Made by a program: the position numbers and the translations under genes
Assembly (NCBI GenBank): GCA_964624415.1
Contig: CAZUWR010000001.1
Coordinates: forward strand, 3,855-67,854
Direction: 5' to 3'
Source of the DNA: an uncultured Bdellovibrionales bacterium
Lineage (GTDB): Bacteria; Patescibacteriota; Minisyncoccia; Moranbacterales; UBA1568
Length of the DNA: 64,000 nt
The notes under the pieces: generated by a model
The model's database searches: none
What the model saw: the letters and a program-made list of their open reading frames with translations, nothing else
Told to the model about the DNA's origin: nothing
Part shown: positions 36,901-45,247 of the stretch, piece after piece
How positions within the stretch are numbered: the first letter of the stretch is position 1
Layout of the letters: each line of letters opens with the position of its first letter

Positions 36901-37016
36901 AATTGTGTTTTTATTAGGCAACCTGATGAATAAATTCCCCCAATAAACATTTTTCAACACGACGTCTTGTGGTAAAAAATGAAGAAACGCTACGACAGGT
37001 AGTGGTTTCTGACTCT

Positions 37017-37044
37017 ATTATAGTCCTCTTGAGAAACTGCGCAA
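37017..37044 (-). promoter_or_regulatory. candidate nrdD promoter
   Basis: On the minus strand: TTGCGC, 16-nt spacer, TATAAT. It lies about 115 nt upstream of the ATG at 36900. Confidence 0.35.
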
Positions 37045-37111
37045 GTTTGGCTTTGCAGGGCTTAGGGTGTAAGATGGAAGGGAACTTCGTAACCATTTTT
37101 GTATCAATCAT

Positions 37112-37552
37112 ATGGAGATAAAAGAACTCGGACACATCGTTTTGTACGTGACCAATTTGGCTCGTTTGGCCGATTTTTACCGAGATACCCTAGGGTTTCG
37201 GGAAATCTCCCGCGACCGGCAGACAGCGCTTTTTTCCTCCGGTCGTACGCATCACGAGTTGCTCTTGATCGAAATCGGGGGCGCGCCGAAAAGCAAGCAC
37301 GGCGTCGAGCCCGGACTCTACCATATCGGGCTGAAAATAGGGGATAGCACGGAGAGTGTGAAGCAGGCCTACCAGGAATTGACAGAAAAGGGCGTGACCA
37401 TCGTCGGATCCGCCGATCACAGTGTTACTCACAGCCTCTATATTCTCGATCCTGACGGCAATGAACTGGAACTGTATGCTGATGTGTCCGATGAGTGGAA
37501 AACGAACCCCAAGGCCATTCTGAAACCGACGCAGTACCTTTCTTTGGAATAA
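37112..37552 (+). CDS. VOC-family (glyoxalase/bleomycin-resistance/dioxygenase fold) protein
   Basis: 146 aa. LGHIVLYVTNLARLADFYRDTLGF and YHIGLKI motifs. Confidence 0.7.
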   Translation: MEIKELGHIVLYVTNLARLADFYRDTLGFREISRDRQTALFSSGRTHHELLLIEIGGAPKSKHGVEPGLYHIGLKIGDSTESVKQAYQELTEKGVTIVGSADHSVTHSLYILDPDGNELELYADVSDEWKTNPKAILKPTQYLSLE

Positions 37553-37556
37553 TCGT

Positions 37557-38132
37557 ATGATTTACACAGAGAAAATACTGCGAGCAATCAAATTCGCTAT
37601 CAAGACGCACGACGTCTATCAGAAGCAGACCCGCAAAGGAAAGGGTATTGCGTATATCACGCATCCTTTGACTGCAGGGATTATCCTCTCGAGCGCTGGT
37701 GCCTCCGAGGATGTGGTGGTGGCGGGGATTTTGCACGATACCATCGAAGATAGTATTTCCGAGAAAAAAGTGACCGAGGCGATGCTTTCAGAGCGATTTG
37801 GTGCGCATGTATCGCAATTGGTCTCAAGCGTAACAGAACACGATAAGGATTTGTCCTGGGATGAACGCAAGCAGGCAGCGCTCGAACATATCACACACTT
37901 TTCGCATGATTCGCTTCTGGTGAAATCGGCGGATATCGTCAGTAATGTGTCCGAGCTTATTGATGATTACGCACGGCATAAGGATGCGGTATTTTCCCGC
38001 TTCAATGCTCCGAAAGAAAAAGTGCTCAGACACCAAATAGCGATTATTGATGCCATTCTTTTGTGTTGGCCGGACAATCCTTTGGCGGCGGACCTGGCAT
38101 ATTTGCAGGATGGCTTGAGGATGATGCAATGA
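37557..38132 (+). CDS. HD-domain hydrolase of the RelA/SpoT (p)ppGpp-hydrolase type
   Basis: HPLTAGIIL...VVAGILHDTIEDS matches the SpoT-type HD motif. 191 aa, so a stand-alone small hydrolase. Confidence 0.7.
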   Translation: MIYTEKILRAIKFAIKTHDVYQKQTRKGKGIAYITHPLTAGIILSSAGASEDVVVAGILHDTIEDSISEKKVTEAMLSERFGAHVSQLVSSVTEHDKDLSWDERKQAALEHITHFSHDSLLVKSADIVSNVSELIDDYARHKDAVFSRFNAPKEKVLRHQIAIIDAILLCWPDNPLAADLAYLQDGLRMMQ

Positions 38133-38219
38133 GATCGTTTGCGATAAGGAAAAAGATTGACACTCGTTTTGATGTGGCGTACGATGGGAGCAGTTCTTTT
38201 TGAGAGGGTAGGTATAGGT

Positions 38220-38876
38220 ATGAAAAGGGTTATTGTAACCTGCGGCCCGCGTGGGGCTGGAAAATCAACGTTTTGTGATGCTGTAGCAGAAGCGTATCCT
38301 CATATACGCATAGTCAGCCGGGATGCGATCTCTTTAGAGCGTTTTGGAACCGTCTGTTTGGATCCACGTTCCGGATTGCAAGAGCGCGTGATGAAGCTGT
38401 CATATGCGGCAGTGCAGAATATTTTATCGGATACGTTTAGTGACAGTTTTATTATCTTCGATTGTTGGAACGGGTTTCCTCAGCAGCGCAGACAGATAGT
38501 GCGCAAACTCAGAAGACTAGGGGCTGAGAGCGTATGGGCATGGTATTTTATAACGCCGGTGGAGGTGTGTTCTGATTGGTTTTGCAAGCGTGAGTCTTTG
38601 GAGTACGGAGCACTGAGTGCAGAAGTTCTCGCGCAAAGATGCGTTGTGGGCTATGATCTGTTTCATGGTCAAGCGTATGATTTGAAGGAACAGTGCGATA
38701 CTTTGCTCGATAATAAGTACGAGGCTGGCTTGCCGCGAAGCTGCTCTGATGATGACGCATTCGATTATGTGCAATGCATCAACCCTGCGCAGAATCTATC
38801 ATTATTATCGGAGGTCTTACTCCCTATGAATCATAGTGGCATAAGCGGTTTTCACGATTATGCCAACATACATTAA
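38220..38876 (+). CDS. P-loop kinase-like ATPase (AAA_33/zeta-like)
   Basis: MKRVIVTCGPRGAGKST Walker A, then SRD and IIFDCWN (Walker B-like). ATG at 38220. Confidence 0.55.
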   Translation: MKRVIVTCGPRGAGKSTFCDAVAEAYPHIRIVSRDAISLERFGTVCLDPRSGLQERVMKLSYAAVQNILSDTFSDSFIIFDCWNGFPQQRRQIVRKLRRLGAESVWAWYFITPVEVCSDWFCKRESLEYGALSAEVLAQRCVVGYDLFHGQAYDLKEQCDTLLDNKYEAGLPRSCSDDDAFDYVQCINPAQNLSLLSEVLLPMNHSGISGFHDYANIH

Positions 38877-38940
38877 TATATAGCTAGAGCACAATGGTGC
38901 CCTAGCTATTTTTTGTAAAAGAGTATCATTTGTAGGGATG

Positions 38941-39108
38941 TTACATTCCCCGAGCAAACTTATACGCGAAGTAGATGCCGGCGATGCCTCCGACACCGCT
39001 CCAAAAGACGGATTCCATCGAGAAAGCGCTACCACCCCACAAAAGAGGGAGGACACTGCCCGCGTAGGTGCCGATCATACCCCCCGTCATAACAATGGTT
39101 TTTTGCAT
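38941..39108 (-). CDS. 55-aa two-TM small membrane protein
   Basis: MQKTIVMTGGMIGTYAGSVLPLLWGG...GVGGIAGIYFAYKF. The 115-aa track ORF was trimmed because its 5' end overlaps the 39260 gene start. Confidence 0.45.
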   Translation of the reverse strand: MQKTIVMTGGMIGTYAGSVLPLLWGGSAFSMESVFWSGVGGIAGIYFAYKFARGM

Positions 39109-39259
39109 ATCGCAAGTGTTAATACGTATGCTTTCAGTATAGCGTGATGCGGCTTTTGTGTCTAAAAGATGAGAAAGCGTGAGATTTTTCCCCTGCGGAT
39201 GCGTATGAGACTGTGTGGCAGATACAGAGTCTGGCACGTTAATATAATGTAATACAGAG

Positions 39260-39748
39260 ATGAGTATGAATAAGAAACAAGTAATCATCGCTTTTGTCGG
39301 CGGTGTGTTGGTTTTGGTAGTCGGTGTTGGCGCTGGCTTTTACGGTGGGATGAAGGCATCGTCTAAGCGCAGCGCGTTTGCTGGCATATCACAGAATGAG
39401 GGAGGATATTCTCGCGGTATGATGAATGGTCAGGGCCCTCAACAGGGTCGCCAGTGGAGCAATGATGCCGATGGTCAGCGAGGAGCTGGTCGTCAGGGCG
39501 GTATGATGGGTAATCGCGGCGGTCTGCTGATGGGAGAAATCGTCTCCAAGGATGATAAGAGCTTCAATGTGAAGATGGCGGATGGAAGTTCGAAAATCAT
39601 CTTTTACGCGGATGCGACTACGGTGGGCAAGTCGACACCGGCAACCGCTTCCGATCTTTCGGTCGGGCAGCAGGTGAGGATCAATGGTCAGGATAATGCC
39701 GATGGCAGTGTCCTCGCACAGAATATCCAGATTACGCAGGGACAGTAA
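39260..39748 (+). CDS. secreted Gly/Gln-rich protein with DUF5666-like C-terminal domain
   Basis: N-terminal TM or signal segment, a GGMMGNRGG low-complexity region, and a C-terminal pattern shared with the protein at 25907-26239. Confidence 0.55.
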   Translation: MSMNKKQVIIAFVGGVLVLVVGVGAGFYGGMKASSKRSAFAGISQNEGGYSRGMMNGQGPQQGRQWSNDADGQRGAGRQGGMMGNRGGLLMGEIVSKDDKSFNVKMADGSSKIIFYADATTVGKSTPATASDLSVGQQVRINGQDNADGSVLAQNIQITQGQ

Positions 39749-39785
39749 TTGTATTCCCGCTCTCCATTTGGAGTGTAGAGAATAA

Positions 39786-39820
39786 CCAAAAAACCACCTT
39801 TTCGGAGCGTGGTTTTTTGG
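39786..39820. terminator. bidirectional terminator
   Basis: CCAAAAAACCAC-loop-GTGGTTTTTTGG between convergent genes. Confidence 0.75.
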
Positions 39821-39826
39821 TGTAGT

Positions 39827-40660
39827 TTATTTGTCGGATTCCGATTCAATGAGATTTATCGGTTCTATGTCGTGACGAAACTCAAGCGCTGCCAGTGTTG
39901 TTTTATCAAACTTCGTTACCGCTCCAATAGCATTGCGCAATTTTTTTCTTCGTAAAGTAAGACTATTAAATTGTTCTTCGGTTAGATCTCCATTTGAATT
40001 CCATTGTCTCAGAGATTCTCCGGGTGTTATTTTACTCAGAGTTTGTATTTGTGTAGTAATACTGTTAAGAAGAGGCTTTACTTCTTCTCGGATCGATCTG
40101 GCGAGTTCGATATTTGTTTGCTCTCGAGCTATCACATCGTCGAGGTTTGTGGATCCGAAAATTTGCTCCGCTTCAGTGAGTACGTTTTCTAAATGAGTAA
40201 TAGCAAGCTCGATGCTTTCTGCGTCGATATTTTCGTTTGGCAATTCCGTCTCTTGTGATACTTTTTGAGATAATTCATTCGTTTTTTTATCGATATTTTT
40301 AGCAATATCTGTCCATGACTCAGTGGTTTCATCATACTCAGATATATTTTCTGCACTGCACGGATAGCCAGTCTCCAATGTTCCTACATAGTATGCGACA
40401 TCAATACAGGTTTGCGCCGATTGAGTTTCTAAATAATCGCCTTTGCGTTTGTAGGTATATTGTGAAGCATCGCCGGCTTCGTCTACGGTCGCAACTTCGT
40501 AAAGATACACGCCTTTTTCATCTTCAAGCGTGCGCAACACTTCGAAATTTTCTTGACCGATAAGACTTTCCATCTTTACTTTGATTTCCTCCAAAGAGGG
40601 GATGTGAGGTTCTGTTTCGATGTTTGGCGTTGGGTTTTCAAAAGGATTTCCAAAAGACAT
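39827..40660 (-). CDS. hypothetical acidic protein
   Basis: 277-aa uninterrupted ORF. No family recognised. AT-richer by eye. Confidence 0.5.
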   Translation of the reverse strand: MSFGNPFENPTPNIETEPHIPSLEEIKVKMESLIGQENFEVLRTLEDEKGVYLYEVATVDEAGDASQYTYKRKGDYLETQSAQTCIDVAYYVGTLETGYPCSAENISEYDETTESWTDIAKNIDKKTNELSQKVSQETELPNENIDAESIELAITHLENVLTEAEQIFGSTNLDDVIAREQTNIELARSIREEVKPLLNSITTQIQTLSKITPGESLRQWNSNGDLTEEQFNSLTLRRKKLRNAIGAVTKFDKTTLAALEFRHDIEPINLIESESDK

Positions 40661-40705
40661 AGGCGTATATGGAAGGAAGTTATGCGAGAGGGAAGCGACT
40701 TAAAC

Positions 40706-40861
40706 TTAGCTATGAAGCATGATAAAAGCGACAAGCTTGGGTACCCAGAACTTGGTCGTGGCCAAAAGCCCAATACCGAGGATGATGAGAACAAGCAGAA
40801 TGATCTGCAAGGTGCTCGGATGCGCGTGCTCGCAGTTTTCTTGTTGGCAGTTGAGGTGCAT
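40706..40861 (-). CDS. possible 51-aa single-TM protein (not in ORF track)
   Basis: MHLNCQQENCEHAHPSTLQIILLVLIILGIGLLATTKFW... No clear SD sequence. Confidence 0.25.
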   Translation of the reverse strand: MHLNCQQENCEHAHPSTLQIILLVLIILGIGLLATTKFWVPKLVAFIMLHS

Positions 40862-40880
40862 AGAGGTTATTGTTAGTTTT

Positions 40881-41552
40881 TTAAAGCCTAATTCTTGCTA
40901 ATTTTTTTAATTTTTGACCTATAACACTGAATGAGATGTTTAAATTTAAGTCTTTTATGTGTTGTTTGGCGTCATTAATTGGCTTCATTGGCTTATAATC
41001 AGCGATATATTGTCTTTGCATAAAAGCGTCGTCAAATATCTTTGTTCTTTGAAAAAAATCATTAATTTTTTCTTCCGCATTTCCAGGTGAGTCAATAAAC
41101 TCTTTTGTATAGTCAGCAAAAATTCTGTATTTATTGGCCCTTATTTGCTCTTCGTTTTTCTGAAAAAACGTTTTATTATATCTTATCGCCTCATCAATTA
41201 GTGCACATTTATTATAGAAATCGGTTATTGTATCCCATTCATCCCTATCGAAATCTTTGATAAATTGGTACTTATATTTACTCCAACTTTCTGTTTGCAT
41301 TGGATATATATTTTCTAATAGGAATGACGGTTCTTGATCAAGAGTGTCCTTGATTATTCTTAATGTTTTTTCCGCACTTCTTAATTCATAAAAGATAGTA
41401 TTTGCTGCTGCTCTTTTGTGATCACCTTGCTGTATGCGATAGAGTAAAAAAATTCCTAATCCTACAATAGCAACAAAGAAATTCGAGTCAAAAAATCGGA
41501 TTAAGACTGTAAATAATTCTGAATGAAGAATACTGGAAAGTACTTGAACCAT
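40881..41552 (-). CDS. hypothetical protein with N-terminal TM segment
   Basis: 223 aa. Strongly AT-rich by eye. It lies immediately 3' of tRNA-Gln. No family recognised. Confidence 0.5.
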   Translation of the reverse strand: MVQVLSSILHSELFTVLIRFFDSNFFVAIVGLGIFLLYRIQQGDHKRAAANTIFYELRSAEKTLRIIKDTLDQEPSFLLENIYPMQTESWSKYKYQFIKDFDRDEWDTITDFYNKCALIDEAIRYNKTFFQKNEEQIRANKYRIFADYTKEFIDSPGNAEEKINDFFQRTKIFDDAFMQRQYIADYKPMKPINDAKQHIKDLNLNISFSVIGQKLKKLARIRL

Positions 41553-41609
41553 TTTATAGAATCATAGTGTTTATGGTTTGTTGGTGTTTACACACAAGGA
41601 TATTGTTGT

Positions 41610-41680
41610 TGGGGAGGAAGGGATCGAACCTTCGCATGGGGGCTTCAAAGGCCCCTGCCTTACCGCTTGGCTACTCCCCA
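41610..41680 (-). tRNA. tRNA-Gln (anticodon UUG), CCA not encoded
   Basis: The reverse complement reads TGGGGAG-TA-GCCAAGCGGTAAGGCA-G-GGGGC-CTTTGAA-GCCCC-CATGC-GAAGG-TTCGATC-CCTTC-CTCCCCA. It has a 7-bp acceptor stem, a GGTTCGATCC T-arm and the anticodon loop CU-UUG-AA. Confidence 0.9.
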
Positions 41681-41707
41681 ATAATGACTTTTTCTCTTAT
41701 AGACAAA

Positions 41708-41734
41708 GATCCTTCGACTACGCTCAGGATGACA
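41708..41734 (+). repeat. GTCATCC...GGATC palindromic element, half copy
   Basis: GATCCTTCGACTACGCTCAGGATGACA is identical to 59188-59214. It is intergenic, between dnaX and tRNA-Gln. Confidence 0.65.
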
Positions 41735-41843
41735 ATCATGAGTTTTTTGTAAATATTCAGAGAAGAGACTCTGAAACGACCTGCCCGAAATGCAACGCAT
41801 AACTTTGCAGGCGGGGTTCAGAATAACATCCTCATTTCAAAAA

Positions 41844-43493
41844 TCAGGCGACGATCTCACCACCGAGAATGCTCATCGCTTCGGTCAAAATCGGGCTGAT
41901 CGGAGCTTGCGCGACGGGTGCTGATTGAGGTGTCGCGCTCTCGTCCAAGACCACTTTGATCTTTGTTTTTGACTCTAAAATTGTATCAAAAGCGCTCTCT
42001 ACTGTCAATTTGTTCTCGACGGCATTGATTTTGTCTTTGTACATCGGGAACTTGGCGCCGAGCACGACACTACCGCCATCGCCGATATACAAGGGTCTGC
42101 AATTGCCGAGAGTGAGGGCGAGCGAGGAGTTGAGCTCGCGCACTTTGGCGATGATAGATTGCCAGTGGTCTTTGACCGTGTCTATGCTTACGGCAGCTGT
42201 TTCTGTGGGTGCAGTTGTTGGTATGACCGGTTCGGCGGCTGGCGAGGTGAGGGGTTGTGTGCCGATTACATAGGGGGCTGCGGGTTCTTTAACAAGCGAT
42301 GCTTGAGTAAGTGTTGTTTGTTGTTTGTTGTTTGTTGTTAATTGTTGACTGTTCTCCGTTTTCTGTTTATTGTTCACTGTTTGCTGTTGATTGCTCACGG
42401 ACTCAGGCACAAGAAACTTGACCACAGCGATTTCGAGCGGGAACTGGGCGATGGAGGCAATACGGATTTCTTTGCGCGCCGATGAGAAGAGATCGATGAG
42501 CGTGATGATCCCGGAGGTGGTGAGGCTTTCCGCACAAGCGGTGAGCGTATCGATGTGCTCTCGCGTCATTTCGAGGGCGAGGGTGTCGGCAAGGGTGCGG
42601 TCGACACTGATAAGAAGCATCTGCCGAAGCGAGTGTAGGAGGGAATTGACGAAGATATACAGATCGGCACCAGTTTCCACCAGTTGATTGATAAGGGCGA
42701 TAGCATTTTCCATCTCCCCGTGCGTGAGATGCGCCAGAAGCGTATCGACTTTTTGTTGATCGGTGATGCCGAGTATGGAGGAGACTTCGTCGGTCGTGAT
42801 AGTTTTGTCTTCGAGACTGATGACCTGCGTGAGGAGGGATTCGGCATCGCGCATACCACCCTCGGCGGCAAGGGCGATCATCTCGAGCGCAGGCTTGTCG
42901 ATAGCTACTCCCTCGCTTGCAGCGATACCGGCGAGCTTTTCGATGATATGATCGAGCGGAAGGCGTGAGAAATCGAAGCGCTGGCAGCGGGAAAGGATGG
43001 TCTCGGGGACTTTGTGTAAAGAGGTGGTAGCGAGAATGAAGATGACATGCTTGGGTGGCTCCTCGAGTGTCTTAAGGAGCGCGTTGAAAGCGCCGATGGA
43101 GAGCATATGTACTTCATCGATGATATAGACCTTGAAGGGCGCTTGTGTTGGGAGGAGTTTGATAGAGTCGCGCAGTTCGCGAATATTGTCCACGCCGGTA
43201 TTGGAAGCGGCATCGATTTCAATTACATCAAGCGAGCTTCCGCTCGCCATAGCGAGGCAGTGAGCGCACTGAAGACAGGGTTCCACACCTTTCCGATCAA
43301 GACAGGTGACTGCTTTTGCCAAAAGCCTGGCAGTGGTGGTTTTACCGGTACCGCGCGGCCCCGTAAAGAGATAAGCCTGGCCGAGGCGATCGTTTTTGAG
43401 GGCATTGGTGATGGTTTTGATGATATGGGTTTGCCCGATGACATCGGAAAATTGTTGCGGGCGGTATTTGCGGTACAGTGTATTGGTAGACAT
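41844..43493 (-). CDS. dnaX: DNA polymerase III subunit gamma/tau
   Basis: YRKYRPQQFSDVIGQ, Walker A GPRGTGKTT, zinc module CLQCAHC, DEVHMLS and SRC motifs. Gln/Asn/Thr-rich linker after domain III. The start is ATG at 43493 or TTG at 43508. Confidence 0.9.
   Translation of the reverse strand: MSTNTLYRKYRPQQFSDVIGQTHIIKTITNALKNDRLGQAYLFTGPRGTGKTTTARLLAKAVTCLDRKGVEPCLQCAHCLAMASGSSLDVIEIDAASNTGVDNIRELRDSIKLLPTQAPFKVYIIDEVHMLSIGAFNALLKTLEEPPKHVIFILATTSLHKVPETILSRCQRFDFSRLPLDHIIEKLAGIAASEGVAIDKPALEMIALAAEGGMRDAESLLTQVISLEDKTITTDEVSSILGITDQQKVDTLLAHLTHGEMENAIALINQLVETGADLYIFVNSLLHSLRQMLLISVDRTLADTLALEMTREHIDTLTACAESLTTSGIITLIDLFSSARKEIRIASIAQFPLEIAVVKFLVPESVSNQQQTVNNKQKTENSQQLTTNNKQQTTLTQASLVKEPAAPYVIGTQPLTSPAAEPVIPTTAPTETAAVSIDTVKDHWQSIIAKVRELNSSLALTLGNCRPLYIGDGGSVVLGAKFPMYKDKINAVENKLTVESAFDTILESKTKIKVVLDESATPQSAPVAQAPISPILTEAMSILGGEIVA
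42313..42352 (+). repeat. heptanucleotide tandem repeat plus A/C-rich element in the dnaX linker
   Basis: (GTTGTTT)x3 plus GTTGTTA at 42313-42340. The segment 42320-42352 matches dnaE 61738-61767. Confidence 0.65.
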
Positions 43494-43592
43494 AAGGAAT
43501 AGGGTCAAAAATCAAAGCATATACACCTAGTATAGCATATGCAAAACCTCCCTGTTCAGGAGGCTTTGTAGAAAGATGATATGTCTGCGCTC

Positions 43593-44201
43593 TTATCGTT
43601 TGAATACCCAGAGTTTGTACCCGATGAAGTTCCAGGTCAGGACGAGTATGGAAGCGGTGGCGGAAGCGATGGAAGCCCAGGCTTTGTCGGTGATATTTCC
43701 GGGAGAGGTGACGATGTTGATCATTATCCAGGTGATACCGGCATTGATAACGAGGCCGACGATACTGACGAGCCAGAATTGGAGCACTTCTTTGCTCTTC
43801 GCCTCGCCTTGTTTTTCAAATGACCAGTACTTGTTCCAGATAAAGCTATTGATGATAGCAGCATTGACCGAGACGATTTTGAATCCGAGTATCGCGTTTC
43901 CGGTCGCGATATCCGTCATATAGATGAAAACATTGAAAATACCCAAATCAATAATGGTATTGGTCACGCCGATGATGCCGAATTTGCTGAGTTGGAAAAA
44001 AAACCTGAGGCGGTTGATGCGAGAGGCGATGAAATACGCGAGACTGATGCCGAGTGTGGCGAGAAGCGCGATGATAAAAACGAAAGCGAGATAGGGGATA
44101 GGAATTTTTGATCCGAGATTGGTGATGATGATAGGAGCTAAAAGTCCGATAAAGGCGCCGTTGATAGCGGCGAATGACAGGTCACGGAGGCGTAGGGTCA
44201 T
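43593..44201 (-). CDS. GtrA-family membrane protein
   Basis: 202 aa with 4-5 TM segments and a KFGIIGVTNTIIDLGIFNVF motif. Confidence 0.7.
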   Translation of the reverse strand: MTLRLRDLSFAAINGAFIGLLAPIIITNLGSKIPIPYLAFVFIIALLATLGISLAYFIASRINRLRFFFQLSKFGIIGVTNTIIDLGIFNVFIYMTDIATGNAILGFKIVSVNAAIINSFIWNKYWSFEKQGEAKSKEVLQFWLVSIVGLVINAGITWIMINIVTSPGNITDKAWASIASATASILVLTWNFIGYKLWVFKR

Positions 44202-44259
44202 AGCGGTGAGGGTAAGTGTGATGAGTTAGGGATGAGGATGAGAGTGATGTGCTGTATTA

Positions 44260-45075
44260 CTATTCGCTTTTTTTCATTTCATTTTCGATTTCTTCAAGAT
44301 CCTTGACCCACTCATCGACGACCGCCTGCTTGTCTTCATCAGGAGCAGCTTCTTTGGCTTTGGATTTCTTGGCTGGTTTGGCTTTTTCTTCTGTTTCTTC
44401 TGGGTCGGTGGCTTCCGTATGAGTCGGCGCATCATCGTGCAAGTCTTCTTTCCACGCATGCATATCTTGCGGAGCAGCGTGCTCTCGAGGAGGCATCCAA
44501 TGCGACATTTTTTGGCTGCCTTTCTGGAGGATGTTTTCGATCGATGCCCAGGTGGCCTCGGTATCGCGCGGGAAGACGATAGCGACTTCATCGCCCGGCT
44601 CGCCCTTGAAATATGTGACGGATGCGAGAAGGACTTTGTATGGCCGTCCATCAGCGAGGATGCAGTAGTTGCCGTTTTCATCCTGACTGATGATACCCAA
44701 AGCGTGCTTGCGCTCGACTGGGCCGATCTGCTTGTAGATGAAAGAACCTTCGGGAGTGATGGTCAATTTGAGTACATCGCCTTCGATGAGTTTTGATTTG
44801 GAAGCGTAGTTGGCAGGGACAGGGTATTGCTTGCCATCGGTACCGAGCATGATCTGCCCGTCAAACATGCCTTCAACGACGGTGCCATCGGTCACTTCTT
44901 CTACCTTTCGTTTGCGACCGACTTTCTTCTTGCCTTCAATCTGAAGCAGCATGGCCTTGGCGCCCTGTATGGTTTTTTCCGCGCTGTTGATCATATCGCG
45001 CAGAGCCTGAATTTTTTGAGTAGCCTCTTTTTCTTTGGTTTCCGCGTCTTGAGGCGCATCGTTGTGTTGTATCAT
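44260..45075 (-). CDS. hypothetical protein (coiled N-terminus, beta-rich core, Lys/Glu-rich tail)
   Basis: 271-aa ORF. The core reads GKQYPVPANYASKSKLIEGDVLKLTI. No family name recognised. Confidence 0.5.
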   Translation of the reverse strand: MIQHNDAPQDAETKEKEATQKIQALRDMINSAEKTIQGAKAMLLQIEGKKKVGRKRKVEEVTDGTVVEGMFDGQIMLGTDGKQYPVPANYASKSKLIEGDVLKLTITPEGSFIYKQIGPVERKHALGIISQDENGNYCILADGRPYKVLLASVTYFKGEPGDEVAIVFPRDTEATWASIENILQKGSQKMSHWMPPREHAAPQDMHAWKEDLHDDAPTHTEATDPEETEEKAKPAKKSKAKEAAPDEDKQAVVDEWVKDLEEIENEMKKSE

Positions 45076-45247
45076 CTTGTTTGCGGCGAATCACTTTTCA
45101 TTTCTCTAAAGTATGAAAAGCGTCTGCTTTTTTATTTTTATTTTACATATTCAGTATAGCATATTCTCTCTCAAGCGAGCAAGAGAATTTTAGTATAGAG
45201 TTTGCGACGGTAAATTTTGTAATGTATAGTGAAGTTAATTATTTATT

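Noticed and set aside
36957-36970. Possible NrdR box (ACACGACGTCTTGT) in the nrdD 5' region
   Set aside because: It is a single imperfect 14-bp palindrome. It is GC-rich in the centre, whereas the NrdR consensus I remember has an AT-rich core. There is no tandem second box and no nrdR gene in the window.
38941-39288. 115-aa minus-strand ORF
   Set aside because: Its 5' 60 codons overlap the start of the plus-strand gene at 39260 and look non-coding. I retained only the 55-aa two-TM C-terminal part, from the ATG at 39108.
40668-40692. Weak similarity (TGGAAGGAAGTTATGCGAGAGG) to the tRNA-Gln 3' end as a possible att duplication
   Set aside because: Only about 14 of 22 positions match and gaps are needed. 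It also lies inside the island and not at its far boundary. It is not convincing.
41567-41802. 61-aa and 74-aa plus-strand ORFs
   Set aside because: They are translations across tRNA-Gln and the repeat elements (the SFDYAQDD-type peptide comes from the GTCATCC...GGATC repeat). They are not genes.
42313-42340. Tandem repeat as a possible CRISPR or other array
   Set aside because: The unit is 7 nt, there are no spacers, and it lies inside the dnaX coding sequence. It is a microsatellite and not a CRISPR array.
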